DNA of 64,000 nt, from positions 130,299 to 194,298 of the forward strand of contig JACRJM010000003.1 in the NCBI GenBank assembly GCA_016219965.1, in the 5' to 3' direction. Positions 38,334 to 47,213 of the stretch are shown piece after piece; positions within the stretch are counted from its first letter, which is position 1, and each line of letters starts with the position of its first letter. The notes below the pieces were generated by a model. The model made no database searches. It worked only from the letters and a program-made list of their open reading frames with translations, and had not been told where the DNA came from. Both the position numbers and the translations under genes were made by a program. Source of the stretch: Candidatus Schekmanbacteria bacterium (GTDB lineage Bacteria; Schekmanbacteria; GWA2-38-11; J061).

Positions 38334-39395
38334 TTACTTTCCGAACTTTTCCACCACCTGCTTCATCATATCAGGGATGGGCAGATCATAAGGACACCTT
38401 GTTACGCACTCTCCGCATGCTACACATTCTGAAGCCGGGACAAGTAATCCTTTTTCCACCCCGTCAGAGTAAGCTTTTTTCTTTTTCTCAAAGCTCAACA
38501 CGCCTGCGTTCAGGAGATCTATAAGCCCGTAAATCCTTATATTCTGAGGGCATGGGAGACAATAGCCGCATCTGTGGCAGTAAAGTTTTCCCATTCTTTG
38601 TGCAAACTCGCTCAACTGTTCCTTTTCAGCCTCTGAGAGCTCTTCATTCCTTCTCGCAATGTTGATGTTCATTTTCAGCTCATCAATGGTTTTTGTTCCG
38701 GGTATTATGGTAGAAACTGGTTTATGGAGAAGCCATTTAAGCTGGGCCTCAGCTATGTCTCCGAATTGCCCTCCGCCTAAAGGCTTCATTACGATCGTCC
38801 CGATGTCCATTTTATTTGCGAGAGGAACCAATTCTGTATCAACATCCCGCTCTATCACATTGAAAGGGAATTCCACTATGTCAAAAGCACCTGTCTTTAT
38901 TGCTTCTGCAAGAATCGGATAGTTATGCCCTGCTACAAGAGTATAGTCTATCAATCCCTGCTTCTTTGCCTCAAGGATTGCCTCGATTCCCCCGTCAGGC
39001 TCGCTTACCTCCTTTAAAACATCATCGTAGTCGATAAATGCAAGCTGGAATATGTCAATCACTTCCCTTGAAGTGCCTTTGAATATTAAGTTTAGCGCCT
39101 TATCTATGTCTTCCAGCACTTCTGACTTTTTTCTTCTCATGGTTTTTACACCCACATACACTTCGCTTCTCCGCTCTTTAAGAACTTCCCCTATTTTTTC
39201 CTGGCTGTCTTTGTATACAGCTTCCTGGTAAAATTGTTTTGGGCCTTCGTCGAGATCAAAATAGTTTACTCCTTCATCTATTGCGGCATTGATAAGCTCT
39301 ATGGCATCTTTTGTAGGTATGAATGTACTCGGAAGACCTCCGAATGATATAGAAGAAACTTTAAGCCCGGTTCTTCCAAGTCGTCTGTATTCCAT
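38334..39395 (-). CDS. Aldo/keto reductase with C-terminal 4Fe-4S dicluster domain
   Basis: MEYRRLGRTGLKVS, MKPLGGG, CHRCGYCLPCP, CVACGECVTRCP. Confidence 0.9.
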   Translation of the reverse strand: MEYRRLGRTGLKVSSISFGGLPSTFIPTKDAIELINAAIDEGVNYFDLDEGPKQFYQEAVYKDSQEKIGEVLKERRSEVYVGVKTMRRKKSEVLEDIDKALNLIFKGTSREVIDIFQLAFIDYDDVLKEVSEPDGGIEAILEAKKQGLIDYTLVAGHNYPILAEAIKTGAFDIVEFPFNVIERDVDTELVPLANKMDIGTIVMKPLGGGQFGDIAEAQLKWLLHKPVSTIIPGTKTIDELKMNINIARRNEELSEAEKEQLSEFAQRMGKLYCHRCGYCLPCPQNIRIYGLIDLLNAGVLSFEKKKKAYSDGVEKGLLVPASECVACGECVTRCPYDLPIPDMMKQVVEKFGK

Positions 39396-39599
39396 CTTAT
39401 CTCCTTTCTATTGCTGTTTTGTCTACCTGCAATCAGATGTTGTTAAAATATTTTCAATCCTTTTTTGTCTAAATTATTTTTTAGCACACTTCAATATGAA
39501 AATAGGTGTATAATTTTGTAGACTATGCAATAATATGTAATAGAATATGAACATAAGAATATGCAAGAAAACTACAATCCTCTATCATGATAAAAAGGT

Positions 39600-40271
39600 A
39601 TGGTAAGGGAAATTGAGCTTTTAAAGAATGTTCCTATTTTCTCTGGTATTTCAGACAAAGAAATAGGCTTGGTTACAAGTATCCTCCGTAAGAGGTCTTT
39701 TCCGAAGAGCAGTGTCGTTATTCATAAAGGTGATGAAGGAGAAGCTCTCTATATTATTCTTTCCGGTAAAGTAAAGGTCACCTTAATAAGTGATGCAGGA
39801 AAGGAGATAATACTCGCAATATTAAGAGAAGGAAATTTCTTCGGAGAGATGTCTCTTCTAAACAACGAGCCAACGTCCGCAAATGTAGTAACTGCAGAGG
39901 ATTCTGTTTTTTTAACTATCTACAGGGATGACTTCAACTACATTTTGAGAAAGGACCCGGGGATAGCCCTTAATCTTCTTAAGCATATGTCCCTGAGACT
40001 GAAGATTGCCGACAAGAAGATAGGAAGTCTTGCCCTGCTTGATGTTTGCGGCAGAATAGCAAACCTTTTCATCGATATGGCAAAAGAAGAAAAACATGAG
40101 ATATATATAGTTGAAAAGATTACTCACGCAGAGATTGCCCACATGATAGGCTCCACAAGAGAAGTGGTAAGCCGTGCCATAAAATGCCTTAAGGATAGCG
40201 GTTATATCAAAGTGCTAAGAGACAAAATTATCTTAGATAAGGATCTGAAGCTCAAGATAGATGATTTTTAA
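39600..40271 (+). CDS. Crp/Fnr family transcriptional regulator
   Basis: LYIILSGKVKV, FFGEMSL; HTH ITHAEIAHMIGSTREVVSR. Confidence 0.92.
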   Translation: MVREIELLKNVPIFSGISDKEIGLVTSILRKRSFPKSSVVIHKGDEGEALYIILSGKVKVTLISDAGKEIILAILREGNFFGEMSLLNNEPTSANVVTAEDSVFLTIYRDDFNYILRKDPGIALNLLKHMSLRLKIADKKIGSLALLDVCGRIANLFIDMAKEEKHEIYIVEKITHAEIAHMIGSTREVVSRAIKCLKDSGYIKVLRDKIILDKDLKLKIDDF

Positions 40272-40358
40272 CCGCAAGTGATAAATAATACAGCATCATA
40301 GTGTGTTAAGTCCTATCTTTTGATTAATGAATTACTATAATTAATATATGCCAATATT

Positions 40359-40450
40359 GGGTTTTCGAAAAAGGCAAACTCCGTGTAAGCGGAAGACGCA
40401 AAGCCAACGGATCCTAAAAAGTTAGGATGGCCGGGTCGCCGAAGAAACCG
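40359..40450 (+). ncRNA. c-di-GMP-I (GEMM-I) riboswitch aptamer
   Basis: GGCAAAC-P2 with GNRA loop GTAA-GACGCAAAGCC-P3-GGCCGGGTCGCCGAA; P1 pairs GGTTTTCG with CGAAGAAACC. G at the position-20 equivalent indicates c-di-GMP rather than c-AMP-GMP. Confidence 0.9.
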
Positions 40451-40460
40451 GGAGAATATG

Positions 40461-40504
40461 ATAACCTGTTTCTTCATAAACCGAGAAATGGGTTATATTT
40501 TTTT
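40461..40504 (+). terminator. Intrinsic terminator of the riboswitch expression platform
   Basis: ATAACCTGTTTCT...AGAAATGGGTTAT stem followed by a T7 tract. Confidence 0.8.
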
Positions 40505-40589
40505 GATAAGGAGGTGATTAAGTTCAAAAGAAAATTTAGTATTAACAAAAAAATTTAATAAATTTTTTTATAATTTGGAGGAAAAATAT

Positions 40590-42116
40590 ATGAAGCAAAG
40601 AATTACAATAATGGCAATAATAGCGGTTTTTGTAATGGCTTTTTGCCTTGGAGAGATTATCAATGCCAAACAGCCGGGAGGACAACCTTCAATAAAGTCC
40701 GTAAAAGTTACGCCTGTAAAAGTTAAAGTTAAAACAGATAAAACTAAGAAATTTAAAGCTGTAGTAAAAGCAAAAGGAGGTGCGGATAAAAGTGTCAGTT
40801 GGTATGTCAATGACGTACTCGGCGGAGATAGTTCCGTAGGAACTATAACACAAAGCAATCCGGCTGTTTACACTGCTCCGGCAGCACCCCCAAATCCAGC
40901 GACAGTAACTATTAAGGCTGTTAGCACTTCAGACACTTTAAAATATGCGACATCAAAGGTTAAAATAGAACTTTCAACTAAGAAGAAGGCAAAAATAAAA
41001 GGAGTCGCAGCAACGGGTGCTCCTATAGCCAACGGAACAGTTGTAATAACTGATGCGACAGGAAAGGAAGTAGGAACAGATGAGACATCTGCCGATGGTT
41101 CCTATTCCGTAAACTATCAAAAAAAATACCAGCTTCCATTTCTTATTAAAGTTACCAGTGAAGATGGTACTGTTACCCTTTACAGTGTAACCAATGATCC
41201 AACACAACCTGCAAACATAACACCTTTTACGGACAAGGCTGTTGAAACACTGGTTGTACAAAATGGAGGAGATGTCAGCGACGGCGAAGTTGAAGACGAT
41301 ATTGAAGAACTAGCGGGCCAGACTGCAGACATGGACAGCGCCATATCCAAAGCGCTTGAAACAATCAAAAATGCGTTGGGGCTTTCAACTGTAGATATCA
41401 ATTTTGTAACTTCCAAACTTGATACTGAAGATCCCGATGATTTTTATGATGATCTGCTTGATGCTGTTGAATCCTCGATTGAAGACGCAGGAAAAGATGA
41501 CATTGACGATCTGATCGAAGTAGATGACGATTATATCAAAGTCGATAAGACAATAACTTTAAAATATGGCGAATACGGGGTTAAAACAGATGATGGTGAA
41601 GAACTCGAGGACGAATCTCCGGAAGACCTATCTGAAGATGAGCAACCTGAGATAGAGGGAACTATCAGCGCTGTTGATCCAATCAGCATGACCATAACAG
41701 TAAACAGCAATACAATAGGGGTTACAGACACAACCGTGATAAAAATGGAAGATATTGACGGCAATGATACGGTTGTAACTTTTAGCGCATTGGCAGAAGG
41801 CCAATTTGTAAAGATTGAGGCAAAATTTGAAGGAGATTTATTGGTTGCAGCAAAGATCAAGATAAAAAATGAATCAGAAGATGATGATGAGGATGAATTC
41901 GAGGCGGCAATAACACAGAAGAACGATGAAGCTTCGACCATTGTTGTCGACAATGCCCTGATATATGTGACTGTTGACACAGTGATAGATATCAATGATA
42001 CCAGCGGGGCTTTTTCTGACCTCGCTGTGGGACAGGAGGTTGAAGTTAAAACCCAGCTTGTAGATTTTAAACTTGTCGCTGTTAAAATAGAAGTAAAAGA
42101 TGAAGACAGCAACTAA
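40590..42116 (+). CDS. Secreted, highly acidic surface protein (Ig-like N-terminus, two DUF5666-like C-terminal repeats); start revised to ATG 40590
   Basis: Signal peptide; Lys-rich Ig-like region; GVAATGAPIANGTV...G.T.ADGSY; D/E-rich middle; two IEG/FEA..I..V...T.I......L..GQ.V.VK repeats. SD GGAGG. Confidence 0.7.
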   Translation: MKQRITIMAIIAVFVMAFCLGEIINAKQPGGQPSIKSVKVTPVKVKVKTDKTKKFKAVVKAKGGADKSVSWYVNDVLGGDSSVGTITQSNPAVYTAPAAPPNPATVTIKAVSTSDTLKYATSKVKIELSTKKKAKIKGVAATGAPIANGTVVITDATGKEVGTDETSADGSYSVNYQKKYQLPFLIKVTSEDGTVTLYSVTNDPTQPANITPFTDKAVETLVVQNGGDVSDGEVEDDIEELAGQTADMDSAISKALETIKNALGLSTVDINFVTSKLDTEDPDDFYDDLLDAVESSIEDAGKDDIDDLIEVDDDYIKVDKTITLKYGEYGVKTDDGEELEDESPEDLSEDEQPEIEGTISAVDPISMTITVNSNTIGVTDTTVIKMEDIDGNDTVVTFSALAEGQFVKIEAKFEGDLLVAAKIKIKNESEDDDEDEFEAAITQKNDEASTIVVDNALIYVTVDTVIDINDTSGAFSDLAVGQEVEVKTQLVDFKLVAVKIEVKDEDSN

Positions 42117-42139
42117 TTTTTAAATTTTTTCAATTGTAG

Positions 42140-42170
42140 AAAAAGGGGCTCAAATCGAGCCCCTTTTTTT
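42140..42170 (+). terminator. Rho-independent terminator (potentially bidirectional)
   Basis: AAAAAGGGGCTC-AAATC-GAGCCCCTTTTTTT. Confidence 0.9.
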
Positions 42171-42175
42171 GTCCG

Positions 42176-42205
42176 TTGACCTTCTTAGCATATCTTTATT
42201 ATAAT
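42176..42205 (+). promoter_or_regulatory. sigma70-type promoter of the ald-like operon
   Basis: TTGACC-18 bp-TATAAT directly after the terminator. Confidence 0.6.
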
Positions 42206-42250
42206 AATATTATAAAGATGTTTTTCCCCAGATGAGAGAATGAAGAGAAT

Positions 42251-43363
42251 ATGGATATTGCAATAGCTCACAACTTGGGTTCAGAAGACTATAGGGTCCC
42301 CCTTACCCCAGGCGCAGTCGGAAGCATCACAAAAGCAGGAAATAATGTCTATCTTCTTCAGGGAGCAGGAGCTGCAAGCGGTTATAGCGACCGTGAATAT
42401 GAGCTGAAAGGTGCAAACATAGTTTATTCTTCTGAAGAAATCTATAAGCGGGGAGATCTGTTAGTTTCAGTATCTTCGCCATCCCTGGAAGCCCTGAGCG
42501 TTATTAACAACAAAACAGTAGTTATGTCTTTTCTCCATTTAGCTGTGGCTGGTGAAAAATACCTTGACCTTCTTATTGAAAAAGAAATTACGTCAATAGG
42601 CTTTGAAGTTATATCGGATGAGAATTGTGAGCTTCCTCTTGAAGTATCTACCGGAGAAATAGCCGGAGCTCTGAGCGTGCAGATAGCAGCTAACTATCTT
42701 CAGAGCAACATGGGAGGAAAGGGGATACTTCTCGGAGGGGCCCCGGGTATTGAACCCGCGAAAGTTCTTATCATAGGAGCAGGCTCAGTCGGAAGAACTG
42801 CGGCGAAAATAGCAGCGGCAATCGGAGCGGAGGTCCTCATTGTTGACAGAAATGTCAGAAAGCTCCGGCAGATTGAAGATACGATAGGAATGGGTATATC
42901 AACAGGGTTTTCAAGCATACATGGACTTTCAGACTGGATAAAAGATGCGGACGTTGTGATCGGGGCAGTTTACCTTAAAGGGGCAAAAAGCCCGGTTGTC
43001 GTAACCGAGGAGATGGTAAGCTCTATGAAGAAAGGTTCCATCATTATTGATCTTTCCATCGACCAGGGGGGATGCGTTGAAACAAGCAGAAGGACTACGC
43101 TCAGCTCGCCTGTCTTTGAGTATAAAGGAATAATCCATTATTGCGTTCCGAACATACCATCGCTTGCGGCAAAGGCATCTTCTCAGGCATTAAGCCATGC
43201 TCTTTATCAATATATTATCCAGATGTCGCATCATGGGAGTGATTTCCTTAAAAACATCCCGGACATTGCACGGGGCACGTACACCCATAAGGGGAAAATC
43301 ACCATGAAGGTCCTCGCAGAGCTTTTCAGGAAAGAATACTTCCCCATAGAGGGACTTCTCTGA
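42251..43363 (+). CDS. ald: Alanine dehydrogenase family protein (divergent)
   Basis: E.RVPLTP, GAGAASGYSD.EY, FLHLA, GKGILLGG.PG, IIGAGSVG, DLSIDQGGCVET, HYCVPN.P. Confidence 0.8.
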   Translation: MDIAIAHNLGSEDYRVPLTPGAVGSITKAGNNVYLLQGAGAASGYSDREYELKGANIVYSSEEIYKRGDLLVSVSSPSLEALSVINNKTVVMSFLHLAVAGEKYLDLLIEKEITSIGFEVISDENCELPLEVSTGEIAGALSVQIAANYLQSNMGGKGILLGGAPGIEPAKVLIIGAGSVGRTAAKIAAAIGAEVLIVDRNVRKLRQIEDTIGMGISTGFSSIHGLSDWIKDADVVIGAVYLKGAKSPVVVTEEMVSSMKKGSIIIDLSIDQGGCVETSRRTTLSSPVFEYKGIIHYCVPNIPSLAAKASSQALSHALYQYIIQMSHHGSDFLKNIPDIARGTYTHKGKITMKVLAELFRKEYFPIEGLL

Positions 43364-44658
43364 TGGAGTGGCCGCTTGTTTATCGCGAAAAGGTGACAAC
43401 TCCTGAGAAAGCAGTCAGATATATAAAATCCGGGAACAGGATAATTATAGGTTCCGGCTGCGCAGAACCGCAGTCGCTTGTCAAAGCCTTAAACAGCGTT
43501 GCTCCGGAACTTCACGAAGTCGAGGTTGTCAGCATGCTCACTACCGGCATTGCAGACTATACCGGACCAGAATTTAAAGGTTCCTTCAGACATAACGCAT
43601 TCTTTGTAGGTGCAAATGTAAGGGATGCAGTAAACGCTGGCAGGGCTGACTTCATTCCCATATTTCTCTCCGAAATTCCGAGGCTTTTTAAAAAAAAGAT
43701 CCTCCCCATAGATGTTGCCCTTATACAGGTTTCACCCCCTGACACGCACGGCTTTTGCTCATTCGGCGTCTCTGTTGATATCATAAAACCGGCTGCGGAG
43801 AATGCATCAATAATCCTTGCTGAAGTGAACGATAAAATGCCCAGGACTTTGGGAAACAGTTTCATCCATGTAAGCAAGCTTACGGCAATAGTTGAAAGCT
43901 CATCTCCAATACTCACACTTGCACGTCCTGAGATATCTGAGACTAACATGAAGATAGGAAAGCATGTTGCCGAGCTTATAGAAGACGGCTCAACTCTTCA
44001 GATGGGCATCGGAGGAATCCCTGATGCAACGCTGGCGCAGTTGAAGGATAAAAAAGATCTCGGTGTTCACACGGAAATGTTCTCCGACGGTGTCATAGAC
44101 CTTGTGGAACTTGGGGTTATAAACAACGAAAAAAAAACCCTTCATCCGGGCAAGATTATTTCAAGCTTCATCATGGGGAGCGAAAGCCTTTATCGCTTTG
44201 TTGACAACAATCCCATCATAGAGCTTCACCCTTCGGACCACACTAATGATCCATTTATTGTCTCACAGAACAAAAAAATGGTTGCCATAAACTCAGCCAT
44301 TCAGGTTGATATCACCGGGCAAGTCTGCTCTGACAGCATGGGGACTTTACAGTTTAGCGGCATTGGCGGTCAGGTAGATTTTATCCGCGGCGCGGCAAAA
44401 TCTGAAGGGGGAAAACCAATAATAGCTTTACCGGCCACAGCCAAAGGCGGACGCATATCAAGAATAGTCCCCAAGCTAGACGCAGGTTCAGGGGTTGTAA
44501 CGTCAAGGGGCGATGTACACTGGATTGCGACTGAGTTCGGCGCAGTTGACCTTCATGGTAAAAATCTCCGTCAGCGTGCAAAATCCCTGATCAGCATTTC
44601 CCACCCTGATTTCAGGGAAGCCCTCGAATGCGAAGCACGGGAGAGAAAGTTCTGGTGA
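43363..44658 (+). CDS. Acetyl-CoA hydrolase / CoA-transferase (4-hydroxybutyrate CoA-transferase-like)
   Basis: DGSTLQMGIGGIP, LGVHTEM, SGIGGQVDFIRGA, TEFG, ISHPDFRE. Confidence 0.92.
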   Translation: MEWPLVYREKVTTPEKAVRYIKSGNRIIIGSGCAEPQSLVKALNSVAPELHEVEVVSMLTTGIADYTGPEFKGSFRHNAFFVGANVRDAVNAGRADFIPIFLSEIPRLFKKKILPIDVALIQVSPPDTHGFCSFGVSVDIIKPAAENASIILAEVNDKMPRTLGNSFIHVSKLTAIVESSSPILTLARPEISETNMKIGKHVAELIEDGSTLQMGIGGIPDATLAQLKDKKDLGVHTEMFSDGVIDLVELGVINNEKKTLHPGKIISSFIMGSESLYRFVDNNPIIELHPSDHTNDPFIVSQNKKMVAINSAIQVDITGQVCSDSMGTLQFSGIGGQVDFIRGAAKSEGGKPIIALPATAKGGRISRIVPKLDAGSGVVTSRGDVHWIATEFGAVDLHGKNLRQRAKSLISISHPDFREALECEARERKFW

Positions 44659-44882
44659 AGAGCAAAGCAGTCCTTGTCTTCAGCACCACCCATATGACCC
44701 TGAAGGCAGAAGAAATCCTCAAAAATAGAAAAATCCCCAACATGGTAATCCCTAAGCCTGAAAGCGCAAAATCAAAATGCGGGATGGCGCTGAGAATCTA
44801 CGAAGAAGATTTAACGCGGGTTAAGGATTTGCTGCGGAAAGAAAACATAAAAACATTTACTGTCTTGAACAACGAAATATAA
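44655..44882 (+). CDS. DUF3343-like small protein (GTG start overlapping the upstream stop)
   Basis: LVFSTTHMTLKAE..L......IP.P.....CGMALRI pattern. Confidence 0.75.
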   Translation: MKSKAVLVFSTTHMTLKAEEILKNRKIPNMVIPKPESAKSKCGMALRIYEEDLTRVKDLLRKENIKTFTVLNNEI

Positions 44883-45214
44883 AAGGCTTGGCAGTCCCGC
44901 TTAGGCTTAAAACTTCATGCGCCTGCCGCGGGAACTGCCAAGCCTTTTTAGAAATTAAATGGTATTCTAATAGGTTTGGGTTACTGATTGAACAATTAAG
45001 AAAAAACATTTAGAAAGCGGAGGCAGCCTGCATAGGAGCGCATGTAGTTTTAAGCGAAATGCAGGTTGCCTCCTCTTTTCAACATAAGTATTTTATCTCC
45101 ACGCTCACTAAGCAACTTCAGATAGCATTGAAATTGAATAAGAGAATAACTGGCTTGGCTGCTTCCGCGGCAGGCACCTGCTTTTTAGTGCCAGAGCGGG
45201 AGCTGCCAAGCCAG
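44881..45214. repeat. Array of three related 65-69 bp imperfect palindromes at about 135-bp periodicity
   Basis: Units 44881-44949, 45014-45079, 45150-45214; each has a 19-20 bp stem and a related central segment; unit 1 is inverted relative to units 2 and 3. Confidence 0.8.
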
Positions 45215-45238
45215 CCCAGGAACACAATTAATTTGTAT

Positions 45239-46996
45239 TTAATTTTTAACTTCGCTATCGGGTCTTGGCATTAATGGAGGCCTGGTTTTCTTCTCGGGTT
45301 TTCTCTGCAGTTCTATTTCTTCAATCAACACGCTTGGTGCTACTGTAGAAACAGGCACTGAGCCGGATTCTGCCGAGCAGTAACCGTTAAACACATCATA
45401 ATCTTTTCCGGTGGCTATTATCCTGTTTATGCTGATAAGGGGAGTCCCTACTATTTCAACCCCACGGACAAGCTCTTCCTTCCCTGTTTCAACATCAACC
45501 CTGTAAACAAACTTGGGTGTACTCCTGAAAGCCTGGAAATTAAGCTTTGCTGTTGAAGTTTCTCCTCCCCCTTCGATATCTTTAACTATGAATCCGAAAG
45601 TCTTTCCTCTTTTTTTTGCCTCTGCGATAAGCATCTCTTTGAGTTTGTCTTCGCTAAATTCTCTGGAAGACCTGACTATGATGTTTCCCATTCTCCCCAT
45701 AGGCTTCTGGAGCCCGCTTGATCTGCCGTGGCCATTTGATTTTGAAAACCCCTCAACAGGAGTTCTTGACATGAGATAGTTTTGAAGTATCCCATTGCTG
45801 ATAAGCGTTACCTTCTGTGACTTTACTCCTTCATCATCATATTCATAGAAGCCGTTCAGCTCGGTTCCGTTATATTCCTTTAATGTCGGGTCATCTTCAA
45901 CGGTTATAAAATCAGGAATTACCTTAGCGCCTATTTTCCCCTTGAAAGTCTGCCCTTCCTTTTCAAGCCGTTGCCGTTCTCCCTCAAGCCTGTGTCCCAC
46001 TGCCTCGTGGAAAAAAACTCCGGTAACCGTTGGGGAAAGTATAGCGGGAGCAGTATAGGGATCACTACGCGGAACTGCTTTAAGCAGTTTTAGCTCTTCC
46101 ATAACTTTTGACACGCTTTTTGAAAGCGCACTTTCGCTGAATATATCTTCCGGTGTCCTTGCATAGATGTAGTCAGCGTTCCCTATTTCTTCTCCAGTAT
46201 CAAGGACAAGGCTTGCCGAAGCAGAAGCAAGATAAATGGGATAGGATGTAAATATCAATGAGCCATCGGAGTTTACAAAATACTTTGATTCTATCCTTCC
46301 CTCTATCTCAACTTCGCTTGTAGTTATACCCGGAAGCTCCTTAAAAAGCAGGCTTGCTTTGCGAATGCTCTCTTTCCATTTCTCTTCATCCATCTTAAAA
46401 GTAAAAGTGTTCGATGTGTGGATCTGTTTTTCTTCAACAGAAAAATCATCAACATCATTCTTTTTTTCAACATTGAACACTTTGTCGCCCTTCTTCTTAA
46501 GATATGAAGAAAGCGCTTCTTTGTATTTGTAATCCGTTAATAGCCATAGGGCGCTCTTTAATGCCGGCACATTATCCTCAAGGGGAGCGACAGAGAGCAT
46601 ATAGGAATCCATGAAAGAATAACGGCTGTCGAGCTGGAATCCGGGCGATTCTATATTAGAGCTGTCCAAGTGGTGATTCCCGACTCTCGTCTCGCAGTAT
46701 ATACTCCTCGCCTTGTCTTTGTTATCCGAATAGAGAGCTCCGTCGCGTGCCGAAAAAGAGAAGGTATCTTTCTCTCTCATAAGATAGCTTATAAAATATG
46801 GAGATTCAAAATCAGGAAGCTTCAATTTCTCCATGGAGCGGTCGACCTCGCTTTTCATGGCATTTAAAATATTCCCCGCATTGTCATTGCTGCTTCCTTT
46901 GTCACTCTTTTCATCAGTTGAAAACCATCCAACCAGGAAAAAAATAAAAATGACAGGAAAGATCTGCCATAACCTTATTCTTTGGCCATATCTCAT
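45239..46996 (-). CDS. TldD/PmbA family metalloprotease with N-terminal membrane anchor/signal
   Basis: FFHEAVGHRLEG (HExxxH), DDEGV, SNGHGR, GRMGN, GYC..ESG.VPV; hydrophobic N-terminus. Confidence 0.88.
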   Translation of the reverse strand: MRYGQRIRLWQIFPVIFIFFLVGWFSTDEKSDKGSSNDNAGNILNAMKSEVDRSMEKLKLPDFESPYFISYLMREKDTFSFSARDGALYSDNKDKARSIYCETRVGNHHLDSSNIESPGFQLDSRYSFMDSYMLSVAPLEDNVPALKSALWLLTDYKYKEALSSYLKKKGDKVFNVEKKNDVDDFSVEEKQIHTSNTFTFKMDEEKWKESIRKASLLFKELPGITTSEVEIEGRIESKYFVNSDGSLIFTSYPIYLASASASLVLDTGEEIGNADYIYARTPEDIFSESALSKSVSKVMEELKLLKAVPRSDPYTAPAILSPTVTGVFFHEAVGHRLEGERQRLEKEGQTFKGKIGAKVIPDFITVEDDPTLKEYNGTELNGFYEYDDEGVKSQKVTLISNGILQNYLMSRTPVEGFSKSNGHGRSSGLQKPMGRMGNIIVRSSREFSEDKLKEMLIAEAKKRGKTFGFIVKDIEGGGETSTAKLNFQAFRSTPKFVYRVDVETGKEELVRGVEIVGTPLISINRIIATGKDYDVFNGYCSAESGSVPVSTVAPSVLIEEIELQRKPEKKTRPPLMPRPDSEVKN

Positions 46997-47213
46997 TAAA
47001 ATCCTCCATTTATATTAAGGAAACAAAAATATCCCATTAGACCATAAAATGCAAATATGCTTTTCTCTTGAATTAATAATTGGATTAATAATTGACATCA
47101 TAGGTATTATTATAATTAAATTAATGAGATATACTTTTTTTCAGCTCATAGTTTTTGAGTTTATGATTTAATGGTGTCGGTGCAGAACTTTATTTAGAGG
47201 GGGGAATATAAAA

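Noticed and set aside
40359-40450. c-AMP-GMP (GEMM-Ib) specificity of the riboswitch
   Set aside because: The discriminating position three nt before the AAA is G, not A.
41531-42112. 193-aa Ser-rich minus-strand ORF, and similar antisense ORFs such as 9576-10178 and 62188-62784
   Set aside because: These are codon-bias shadows of well-supported genes on the opposite strand.
44881-45214. Hairpin array as a CRISPR array or integron attC cassette array
   Set aside because: Units are ~67 bp, non-identical and in mixed orientation. No cas or intI gene is present, there are no clear RYYYAAC/GTTRRRY ends and there are no cassette ORFs.
45059-45274. 71-aa ORF on the plus strand
   Set aside because: It runs through palindromic repeats, has no SD and overlaps the tldD 3' end; likely spurious.
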